Part shown: positions 58,040 through 64,000 of the stretch, piece by piece
Layout: each line of letters opens with the position of its first letter
Numbering within the stretch: position 1 is the stretch's first letter
Sequence record: NC_020079.1
DNA: 64,000 bases
From: Escherichia phage phAPEC8
Reading direction: 5' to 3' (one strand)
Notes under the pieces: model-generated
Database searches by the model: none
What the model saw: only the letters and a program-made list of their open reading frames with translations
Told to the model about the DNA's origin: nothing
Translations under genes and position numbers: made by a program

Positions 58040-58228
58040 ATGGCACGTTTAGCAGATCATGAAATCTTTAAACCTATTCTGAACCACTATGATGAACTTA
58101 AAGCAGTGTTGGATTGTTATAGAGAGGATGAAGAACGTTTGGAAGTCAATCTTAAGATAGTTCTGATGAAAGCTTTTCAAGACGGGCAAGCTAAAGTTTT
58201 AGAAGGCATGAAAAATGAGAATAACTGA
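58040..58228 (+). CDS. Small hypothetical protein
   Basis: Start at ATG behind AGGAGA. Confidence 0.3.
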   Translation: MARLADHEIFKPILNHYDELKAVLDCYREDEERLEVNLKIVLMKAFQDGQAKVLEGMKNENN

Positions 58229-58757
58229 TGAATATGTATTCTTCTTTTCACATAAAGATGTGTTTAGTAATTGGTATATTGCACCCTTTACAGAAACTGA
58301 ACCAGGTTACAATCAGACATTTAATTGTGTCGAACAATACATGATGTGGCGTAAAGCTTTGCTTTTTAATGATCACAACACTGCACAGGCTATTCTGACT
58401 CATAGTTTGATACGGAAAGATGAGAAGATCCAAGCTTATTACAAACGTATGGGTAGGGCAGTGTCAGATTTTGATAACAACGTATGGGAAGAGAACCGTG
58501 AGCGTATTGTTATGCGAGGTTTATGCTTGAAATATGTACAGAATCCAGATTTGTATGCAGACTTACACCTTTACCAATACAAAACGTTTGTTGAAGCAAG
58601 TCCTTACGATAAGGTTTACGGTATTGGAATGGGAATGTATGAACCAGGGGTGCTAAATCCGGTCAACTGGAAAGGGCAAAATCTTTTAGGTAAATATCAT
58701 AACAAACTGATCGAAATACTTTTCCCAGACAAAATACCGCAAAGACGATATTTGTGA
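58215..58757 (+). CDS. NADAR (YbiA-like, DUF1768) domain protein
   Basis: 180 aa; YVFFFSHKDVFSNWYIAPF, FNCVEQYMMWRKALLFND, GQNLLGKYHNKLIEIL match conserved NADAR blocks. Confidence 0.55.
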   Translation: MRITDEYVFFFSHKDVFSNWYIAPFTETEPGYNQTFNCVEQYMMWRKALLFNDHNTAQAILTHSLIRKDEKIQAYYKRMGRAVSDFDNNVWEENRERIVMRGLCLKYVQNPDLYADLHLYQYKTFVEASPYDKVYGIGMGMYEPGVLNPVNWKGQNLLGKYHNKLIEILFPDKIPQRRYL

Positions 58758-58812
58758 TATTTTAACTTTTTTCATTTTTAGAACAAAGGTGTCACTTTGT
58801 AGCACAGAAATA

Positions 58813-58848
58813 AGGCTCCTACAGCACCGTAGAGAGCCTGTTATTTTG
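58813..58848 (+). terminator. Rho-independent terminator ending the + strand block
   Basis: AGGCTCCTAC...GTAGAGAGCCT stem followed by GTTATTTTGT. Confidence 0.5.
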
Positions 58849-59000
58849 TCCTATACAAACCCTTATCTTTTTCAGTTTGCATCACTAGGATTCGATCTAA
58901 GTGGGTTCCTGAAGGTTTACCAATAAGATTAAAGGTTATCTCAAATTCCCACTACCTATTATCTCAAAAATCCCTCAAATTATTTAAACTTTTTAAGAAT

Positions 59001-59047
59001 TTACAAAAGTGAAAGTTGAAAACCAAAATTTAAAGTTTAGGAAAATT
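59001..59047. repeat. AT-rich direct repeat, copy 1
   Basis: ttacaaaagtgaaagttgaaaaccaaaatttaaagtttaggaaaatt; about 75% identical to the copy at 59139-59186. Confidence 0.5.
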
Positions 59048-59138
59048 ATCTTAAAATGTTAGATACAAAACAAAACTCAAAAGTCAAGGAAAATTTTAAA
59101 AATTTTGCGCGCCCACAGTATTTAAAGTTTTTTTGCTT

Positions 59139-59186
59139 TTACAAAAATGAAAGTACAAAAGCAAAATTTAAAGTTTACAAAAATTT
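59139..59186. repeat. AT-rich direct repeat, copy 2
   Basis: tttacaaaaatgaaagtacaaaagcaaaatttaaagtttacaaaaatt. Confidence 0.5.
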
Positions 59187-59223
59187 ATGCAGGTGGGAAT
59201 GAGAAGAGTTCTCATGTGGAAAT

Positions 59224-59242
59224 GCAAATGATAATGATTCGC
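59224..59242. promoter_or_regulatory. Fur-box-like palindrome 1
   Basis: gcAAATGATAATGATTcgc; 14/19 to consensus GATAATGATAATCATTATC. Confidence 0.35.
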
Positions 59243-59281
59243 ATTTAAGTTTATAAATGAGATTGATTCTTATTCAATAAG

Positions 59282-59300
59282 GTAAATGATAATCATTCTC
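59282..59300. promoter_or_regulatory. Fur-box-like palindrome 2
   Basis: gtAAATGATAATCATTctc; core AATGATAATCATT perfect, 17/19 to consensus. Confidence 0.45.
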
Positions 59301-59531
59301 ATTTAGAGAATGACGCGCAGGGGTGGTGTTTGTCTCGCGCTCCCGTGTCCCCTCGCCATGTAATAAGAATAACAGATCCAACCAGGAAAGCAAGCGATTA
59401 TTTTATCTTTACATTTCTTTACAAATATATAGCGCCCAGCCTACCGGCGATCAACCTTCCAACCAGTGCCCCTGGTATGTTAGCCCCGCCTTTACGCCGT
59501 GGGGTGGCGCTTCCTCTTCTGTATGTAAAAC

Positions 59532-59560
59532 AGTATAAGCCCGATCCCTGGGCTTGTCAA
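59532..59560 (-). promoter_or_regulatory. Strong sigma70-like promoter on - strand facing the GC-rich non-coding segment
   Basis: - strand TTGACA-N17-TATACT; the same DNA on + strand forms hairpin AAGCCC..GGGCTT followed by a T-rich run. Confidence 0.4.
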
Positions 59561-59562
59561 TA

Positions 59563-59829
59563 TTATTTTTTGTTTTCTTGCCAGGATAGGACACCTAACC
59601 AAAAATGCATGTCGCCCCGCGCCCCTGGTGGGATCTTGCTTTCCCCGCCGCCACTGCAAGCCCATAAATAACCATCAGCGAACGGATCAAAATTTTCTAT
59701 TTCTTCCACCTTATGATCGCCCAGGTTGAGAACTGTTTCAACCTTTAAGCCCGTTGCGCTTGCTACCTGGTGCACCGTGCCGCCTTGCCAGCCCAATGAG
59801 TGCATAAGGTGTAATGTAGTATTTGTCAT
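59563..59829 (-). CDS. Hypothetical protein with high-GC, host-like composition
   Basis: 88 aa ORF; GC-rich codons unlike neighbours; upstream TTGCTA-N17-TATTAT. Confidence 0.4.
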   Translation of the reverse strand: MTNTTLHLMHSLGWQGGTVHQVASATGLKVETVLNLGDHKVEEIENFDPFADGYLWACSGGGESKIPPGARGDMHFWLGVLSWQENKK

Positions 59830-59938
59830 GGTGTCGCCCTTTCTTTGTTGTGCGCCCTGGTTGGCGCGGTAGAAAGATAATAGCCCTTTCCTTTACATAT
59901 AGCAAGCAAAAAGAAAATAAAAAAGATTGAAAAAGTGG

Positions 59939-59997
59939 TTGACGTTCCTCACCTGGTAGCGTAGTATTCATCTTGTAGGGCGGCAATGGTGCCGCTC
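59939..59997 (+). promoter_or_regulatory. Promoter-hairpin cassette 1
   Basis: TTGACG-N17-TAGTAT then GGGCGGCAATGGTGCCGCTC hairpin, RBS, ATG 60017. Confidence 0.55.
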
Positions 59998-60016
59998 ACT
60001 ATTTGGAGTTAAGATC

Positions 60017-60214
60017 ATGGCAACATTGCACATTGTGGCGAAAGCTGGACAAATCAACGTAATAGTAAACGGTTTTACTGAGTTCAGTCATCCCCAGGAT
60101 GATCATGAAACGGTTTTATCTTTCATTGATTCCCTGTTAGAAATGGGAGTAATTACAGAAGACCAGCACGCTACAAAATGCAAACGCGTTAATCAAATTG
60201 CAGGAATAGAATAA
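60017..60214 (+). CDS. Early small protein
   Basis: 65 aa; RBS GGAG. Confidence 0.45.
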   Translation: MATLHIVAKAGQINVIVNGFTEFSHPQDDHETVLSFIDSLLEMGVITEDQHATKCKRVNQIAGIE

Positions 60215-60220
60215 AAAGTA

Positions 60221-60282
60221 TTGACAACAAACAACAACCTGATAAGATGTACCACATAGGGCGGCGGAATGGTCCACCGCTC
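60221..60282 (+). promoter_or_regulatory. Promoter-hairpin cassette 2
   Basis: TTGACA-N16-TAAGAT then GGGCGGCGGAATGGTCCACCGCTC. Confidence 0.55.
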
Positions 60283-60304
60283 ACAACAGAAGAGAGAAAT
60301 CATC

Positions 60305-60577
60305 ATGGCATCATATAGCGCAACAATGATCGTAGTCGGCACCACTGGTAAACCTATGAGCGGTGGCGGATCTTTCGCAAATATCAACATTGACGGGCGT
60401 TTATCCCTGGACGCAGCGATCACCGTGGCGCGGGAAACATTTAAGAAAGAATGTAAATTCAATAAACAAGATTATCTCGGTTTCGCTATTGAAAAAACCG
60501 CGCGTTTTGTTGATTATAAAAGCCCAAAAATGGTTGATACTACACTAAAAGCGCAAGATGTAGCGTTTTTGCTTTAA
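60305..60577 (+). CDS. Early small protein
   Basis: Start at ATG (MASYSAT) behind AGAAGAGAGA; the longer track ORF begins inside the hairpin. Confidence 0.45.
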   Translation: MASYSATMIVVGTTGKPMSGGGSFANINIDGRLSLDAAITVARETFKKECKFNKQDYLGFAIEKTARFVDYKSPKMVDTTLKAQDVAFLL

Positions 60578-60580
60578 GGC

Positions 60581-60635
60581 TTGACATTAACGAATAATTT
60601 GTTAATATGTTACATAAAGCGGGAATAGTTCCCGC
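60581..60635 (+). promoter_or_regulatory. Promoter-hairpin cassette 3
   Basis: TTGACA-N16-TAATAT then GCGGGAATAGTTCCCGC. Confidence 0.55.
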
Positions 60636-60653
60636 TATTTGTAAGGTGGTAGA

Positions 60654-60911
60654 ATGTTTTACATCAAATTAAAAGGTCACGTGATCGCGTTCAAAGATAA
60701 CGCTTTTTACAGATTAGCAAAATATGCGTTAATACATCCCCACTATGTTTATATAAGGGGGCGTGATGAAATAAATATCTTTGATCAAACAACATGCGAA
60801 AACATCGAGATCCGCAAGGTTGGCGTACGTGATTATCGTACATCTTTCTACCCTTGCAAGGATTCAGCAAGTCTTTTTAAAGTATGCCAATTGTTGAAAA
60901 AAGGTGGTTAA
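60654..60911 (+). CDS. Early small protein
   Basis: 85 aa; RBS AAGGTGG. Confidence 0.45.
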   Translation: MFYIKLKGHVIAFKDNAFYRLAKYALIHPHYVYIRGRDEINIFDQTTCENIEIRKVGVRDYRTSFYPCKDSASLFKVCQLLKKGG

Positions 60912-60912
60912 T

Positions 60913-61470
60913 ATGGGCCGCGAATATGTGATCCAGTCTTGGGTAAAACATGAAGCAGATGATCCGCGCATCATTCCCGATCATCTTATCGATGAATCCA
61001 CGGGATATAGCGGTGAGCAAATAGGTAACAGATTAGCACGTAGTAACGGCAACGTAAAAGCGCGTTATGTGCGCCCTGGCTGGCTGGCAAATGGTAACGC
61101 TGATTTATCCAGTGCGGAAGATGCGAGCGACGGCGCGAAAGATAATCCTTTGTACAAAGTTGATCCGGCTTTTCGTGTCCTAGATGAATACCCCAGCAAG
61201 ATAGCGGCGCTTGATGAAGCATTGGAAAGTAAGCGCATCACCTGGACCGCTTACAACATGGCAAAAAACGTACTTGATGGTAAATTGATTCAAGCTGAAA
61301 GAAAATTAGCCAAAATTGCAGCCATAGCCCAGGAGGAAGACGAGGAGACAACGGAAGAGGAAGAGTACGAAGAGATCCCGCCGTTGTTGTGTGTTGATGC
61401 TTTTCCTGATTATCAGCCGACAGAGGAAGAAAAAAGGATCGCACTAGAAAACTTTGAAAATAGTCTTTGA
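60913..61470 (+). CDS. Early protein with acidic C-terminal region
   Basis: Start at ATG (MGREYV) behind AAGGTGG; EEDEETTEEEEYEE stretch. Confidence 0.4.
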   Translation: MGREYVIQSWVKHEADDPRIIPDHLIDESTGYSGEQIGNRLARSNGNVKARYVRPGWLANGNADLSSAEDASDGAKDNPLYKVDPAFRVLDEYPSKIAALDEALESKRITWTAYNMAKNVLDGKLIQAERKLAKIAAIAQEEDEETTEEEEYEEIPPLLCVDAFPDYQPTEEEKRIALENFENSL

Positions 61471-61525
61471 CATATCGCCGCCACTGGCATAATATTTACC
61501 ACGTAGGGCGGCAATGGTGCCGCTC
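61467..61525 (+). promoter_or_regulatory. Promoter-hairpin cassette 4
   Basis: TTGACA-N17-TAATAT then GGGCGGCAATGGTGCCGCTC. Confidence 0.55.
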
Positions 61526-61552
61526 ATAGTGAAATTATGCAAGAGGCTTACA

Positions 61553-61660
61553 ATGATTAATAAAGGAAATAGCTTGACAGTTGGAACGATTAACGCTATC
61601 ATCTTAGTCGTTCCATTCTGGATCACCGTGGCAGTTATCGCAACAATCATTTTCAAGTAA
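61553..61660 (+). CDS. Small hydrophobic peptide (35 aa, not in ORF track)
   Basis: MINKGNSLTVGTINAIILVVPFWITVAVIATIIFK; first ORF after cassette 4. Confidence 0.3.
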   Translation: MINKGNSLTVGTINAIILVVPFWITVAVIATIIFK

Positions 61661-61670
61661 GGGGCACACC

Positions 61671-61862
61671 ATGTTTAAAAATATCACTGGCAACGTAGCA
61701 ACATTGAAAGCAGGCGACAAAGTAGAATTGCACCGGATCACAATGACAGTAGCGCACGTCGAGAAAGTGCCACCGCATCACCGCAAGATCTCGCTAATGT
61801 GCGACAAAGGGCGCAACATTACCGCCACACTGCACGAAAAAGATAACGTAGTCATTTTGTAA
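61671..61862 (+). CDS. Early small protein
   Basis: 63 aa; RBS AAGGGG. Confidence 0.4.
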   Translation: MFKNITGNVATLKAGDKVELHRITMTVAHVEKVPPHHRKISLMCDKGRNITATLHEKDNVVIL

Positions 61863-61872
61863 GGTGGACACT

Positions 61873-62154
61873 ATGAGCAAGGTAATTAACTATAAAGAGT
61901 TAAGCCCTACCCTTTCAATGAGTGAATGTACCGATGGGTATTGGCTGTATGATGAAACGCGCGGCATGAATTTAGCAATGCAAGCGAAAACCGAACAAGC
62001 GGCATATGTGCAAGCCCTGGAATATTACCAGCGACGACTACAGGAAGTCGAAAGCAATTATAAAAGCCTGAAATCAAAGGTTGATCACTTTATCAACCAG
62101 GTAGCAGATGACGATGATGATCACTACTGCGAACGATGCGGATCATATAGTTAA
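61873..62154 (+). CDS. Early small protein
   Basis: Start at ATG (MSKVINYK) behind AAGGTGG. Confidence 0.4.
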   Translation: MSKVINYKELSPTLSMSECTDGYWLYDETRGMNLAMQAKTEQAAYVQALEYYQRRLQEVESNYKSLKSKVDHFINQVADDDDDHYCERCGSYS

Positions 62155-62162
62155 AAATATCT

Positions 62163-62224
62163 TTGACAACGTTTAAAATTAGTGTAAGATGTATCACATA
62201 GAGCGGCGGAATGGTTTCCCGCTC
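62163..62224 (+). promoter_or_regulatory. Promoter-hairpin cassette 5
   Basis: TTGACA-N16-TAAGAT then GAGCGGCGGAATGGTTTCCCGCTC. Confidence 0.55.
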
Positions 62225-62245
62225 ACAACAGAGAGATTAAAGATT

Positions 62246-62473
62246 ATGGCTATCAATATTGTTCGCGTATCCGGTACCGTTGGTAACTCCCAGGTTGTAG
62301 CAGTTATCACAGAGAAGAAAGGGGATGATCTTCACTCTTCCTTGAATAGCTGGGCGGTCGCTAACTTCGGGCAATGGTCGAGCGTTGAGTACATCGAATC
62401 CTACCAGGTGCCGACGATTAGCCTAACCGATCTCAACGTTGATCGCTTGTTGTGCCTGGATGAATTAATCTGA
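62246..62473 (+). CDS. Early small protein
   Basis: Start at ATG (MAINIV) after purine-rich RBS; the track ORF start at 62189 lies in the hairpin. Confidence 0.45.
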   Translation: MAINIVRVSGTVGNSQVVAVITEKKGDDLHSSLNSWAVANFGQWSSVEYIESYQVPTISLTDLNVDRLLCLDELI

Positions 62474-62483
62474 AAAAAGATTG

Positions 62484-62541
62484 TTGACACCGGAAAGAAA
62501 AAGAGTAGAATATATTACATAGGGCGGCAATGGTGCCGCTC
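62484..62541 (+). promoter_or_regulatory. Promoter-hairpin cassette 6
   Basis: TTGACA-N16-TAGAAT then GGGCGGCAATGGTGCCGCTC. Confidence 0.55.
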
Positions 62542-62564
62542 ACAACAGAAGAGAGATTATCACG

Positions 62565-62780
62565 ATGGCTAATATCCGCACTTTACTGAAAAATGCAAGT
62601 CAAGTTTTATTTTCAGATGACGAGTATTTCAATAAAGACATTACAGGCGTGAAAAATTTAAAAGACGTGAAGGATGTTATCGGTATCCGTGGATCTTTAC
62701 GTAAGGGCGATTACTACGGTAACAAGGTGCAATATAAACTGTCAAAGGATTACAATTTTACTTTGACAATTATTTCATAA
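62565..62780 (+). CDS. Early small protein
   Basis: 71 aa ORF. Confidence 0.45.
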   Translation: MANIRTLLKNASQVLFSDDEYFNKDITGVKNLKDVKDVIGIRGSLRKGDYYGNKVQYKLSKDYNFTLTIIS

Positions 62781-62786
62781 AACCGC

Positions 62787-62846
62787 TTGCAATACTGCAA
62801 AAATAAAGTAAACTATATTCATCAAGGCGGGGAATGGTCCGCCGCC
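62787..62846 (+). promoter_or_regulatory. Promoter-hairpin cassette 7
   Basis: TTGCAA-N16-TAAACT then GGCGGGGAATGGTCCGCCGCC. Confidence 0.45.
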
Positions 62847-62870
62847 TAACAAAGAGAAGAGGAAAATATC

Positions 62871-63038
62871 ATGATCACTTTCGCTACCCGTGAAGCCGCT
62901 CGCAACGTTGCACGTAAAGTTAACGCCGCCAACCTGGGCGCTACACTTAAAGCCCCGGTAAAAGATGAATCAGGAAAATGGATCTTCCCTGGTTTGCGTC
63001 ACGCTGACAAGTTAGGTACTTTAAGCCTTAAAAAATAA
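62871..63038 (+). CDS. Early small basic protein (55 aa, not in ORF track)
   Basis: MITFATREAARNVARKVNAANLGATLK...; first 15 nt identical to the gene at 63113. Confidence 0.35.
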   Translation: MITFATREAARNVARKVNAANLGATLKAPVKDESGKWIFPGLRHADKLGTLSLKK

Positions 63039-63041
63039 TCG

Positions 63042-63078
63042 TTGACTTTTCGTTATAGCGCCTTATAATGGGCGCTAT
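63042..63078 (+). promoter_or_regulatory. Promoter with palindrome overlapping the -10 (cassette 8, variant)
   Basis: TTGACT-N16-TATAAT embedded in ATAGCGCC-ttataatg-GGCGCTAT. Confidence 0.5.
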
Positions 63079-63112
63079 AGAGAAGAGAAACCACTACTAA
63101 CAAGGAAACATC

Positions 63113-63334
63113 ATGATCACTTTCGCTATTGTCGCCGTTGTCGCTGGTCAAGTTTACGTAAATGAGACATTTACTACAGAAGACAAGGCGGCAGGAGATA
63201 TAACCGCCGTTTACAACGAGTGCAAGGCAGTAGAAAGGATGTTAGCGCCTTGTATGCTAATGAGTGAACGCCAGGACGGGATAACAGTATTTACTAACAT
63301 TGAAACAGGGTACCAAATGGTAGTAACAAAATAA
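63113..63334 (+). CDS. Early small protein, N-terminally hydrophobic
   Basis: 73 aa; MITFAIVAVVAGQVYV. Confidence 0.4.
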   Translation: MITFAIVAVVAGQVYVNETFTTEDKAAGDITAVYNECKAVERMLAPCMLMSERQDGITVFTNIETGYQMVVTK

Positions 63335-63337
63335 AGC

Positions 63338-63394
63338 TTGACACGGATTTAATTTTCAGTAAACTGTTACACGTAGGGCGGGAATAGTTCCCGC
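63338..63394 (+). promoter_or_regulatory. Promoter-hairpin cassette 9
   Basis: TTGACA-N16-TAAACT then GGGCGGGAATAGTTCCCGC. Confidence 0.55.
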
Positions 63395-63412
63395 TAAAAA
63401 GAGAGAAAGACC

Positions 63413-63766
63413 ATGAAAGCACAAAATGCAATTAAAGAGTACATCCTTGCCGCTATCGATTTTAATGATCACGGTATTACAACCGAAAAAGAGAAGATCG
63501 CGGAATTGATGCGCCGTTTTAATTCCGAGTACTGGTACCCTGATAACCAATCACGTTTTAATTATAGTATTGTTAAAGCACTTGCATCATGGTTACAAGG
63601 TTTGCCATCAGATATCAATATCGCTTTCGAATATTGGGAAATTGATCGCTTGTTAACATCCTGGGGATACATTAAAGAGAATAGCAACGATGATAAAATC
63701 CAACGAGAAAGGGAAAATTATTGGCTTTATATTGCAGGCGTGATCCTTGCTTGCTCTTATGAATGA
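63413..63766 (+). CDS. Early protein
   Basis: 117 aa; RBS AGAGAGAAAGA. Confidence 0.45.
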   Translation: MKAQNAIKEYILAAIDFNDHGITTEKEKIAELMRRFNSEYWYPDNQSRFNYSIVKALASWLQGLPSDINIAFEYWEIDRLLTSWGYIKENSNDDKIQRERENYWLYIAGVILACSYE

Positions 63767-63772
63767 TAAACC

Positions 63773-63826
63773 TTGACAATTTTACAAAACAGTTTAAATT
63801 AACAATATAGCGGCAATGGTGCCGCT
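63773..63826 (+). promoter_or_regulatory. Promoter-hairpin cassette 10
   Basis: TTGACA-N16-TAAATT then AGCGGCAATGGTGCCGCT. Confidence 0.5.
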
Positions 63827-63845
63827 CATATGAAGAGGAAACAAA

Positions 63846-63992
63846 ATGAATACATCTGATCGCGCAGAAAAAATTCAATCTTCCAAGATCCGCAAGGCCT
63901 GGAACGAGGAAGTGATCCGCAAAGGCGACAAGCGCAATAAAACAAAGCGCGGGAAGAGTGACAAATATAATTGGATGGATTTAGAGGATTAA
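63846..63992 (+). CDS. Early small basic protein (48 aa, not in ORF track)
   Basis: MNTSDRAEKIQSSKIRKAWNEEVIRKGDKRNK...; RBS GAGGAAA. Confidence 0.35.
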   Translation: MNTSDRAEKIQSSKIRKAWNEEVIRKGDKRNKTKRGKSDKYNWMDLED

Positions 63993-64000
63993 CATAACAA

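Noticed and set aside
59537-59575. + strand intrinsic terminator reading of AAGCCC-GATCCCT-GGGCTT plus T-run
   Set aside because: The T-run starts about 10 nt after the stem rather than immediately, while the same DNA gives a near-consensus -35/-10 on the - strand; kept as an alternative only.
59323-59671. Two overlapping + strand ORFs (71 and 113 aa) in the GC-rich island
   Set aside because: GTG-initiated, no RBS, Pro/Ser/Arg-rich translations typical of random GC-rich frames; the region is better explained as non-coding.
60269-60304. Upstream extension of the early gene (track start 60269, MVHRSQQKREII...)
   Set aside because: The extension is the in-frame translation of the conserved promoter-proximal hairpin and has no RBS; the ATG at 60305 follows a purine-rich RBS. 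Same logic applied at 62189 versus 62246.
59939-63826. Possibility that the repeated GC hairpins form a CRISPR array
   Set aside because: Repeats are not evenly spaced, vary in sequence, are each preceded by a promoter and followed by an RBS and ORF, and the intervening units are genes rather than short spacers.
1-64000. T4-like (family B polymerase) identity suggested by large fibre genes and nrdDG
   Set aside because: The polymerase shows family A/T7-type motifs and C-terminus, and the primase-helicase is a single gp4-like fusion; no T4 gp43/gp41/gp61 signatures seen.
1-64000. tRNA genes, integrase/transposase or other mobile elements
   Set aside because: No cloverleaf-compatible segment with GTTC-type T-loop was recognised by eye in intergenic regions and no recombinase-like ORF is present; a tRNA scan would still be needed to exclude tRNAs formally.

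Overview
This window reads as a gene-dense segment of a virulent tailed-phage genome (about 38-40% GC by eye, no integrase, transposase, CRISPR array or rRNA seen). All calls rest on manual motif reading of the supplied translations; no database search was run, so family names are recognitions, not hits. Layout: (1) + strand virion adsorption/baseplate module, 77-17258: a tailspike with a C-terminal self-cleaving chaperone domain, baseplate J/I-like proteins, a coiled-coil fibre, a beta-helix tailspike, a collagen-repeat fibre and an Ig-like protein. (2) - strand replication/nucleotide/accessory block, 17322-52179: acidic-tailed SSB, T7-like family A DNA polymerase, T7 gp4-like primase-helicase, N6-adenine methyltransferase, four clustered glycosyltransferases, anaerobic RNR NrdD/NrdG, UvrD-like helicase. 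(3) + strand block of small genes, 52294-58757, ending in an AAA+ ATPase, a multi-zinc-ribbon protein and a NADAR-domain protein. (4) A 1.2 kb non-coding island, 58758-60016, with AT-rich direct repeats, Fur-box-like palindromes and a GC-rich segment. (5) A + strand array of small early-type genes, 60017-63992, each behind a sigma70-like promoter followed by a conserved GC hairpin. The most unusual content is a phage-borne Ter-type stress-response gene set (TelA, TerD, TerY-like vWA, TerC) embedded with ADP-ribose/nucleotide-metabolite enzymes (macro domain, phosphoribosyltransferase, HAD hydrolase; NADAR elsewhere), plus the repeated promoter-hairpin cassette that also drives terC.
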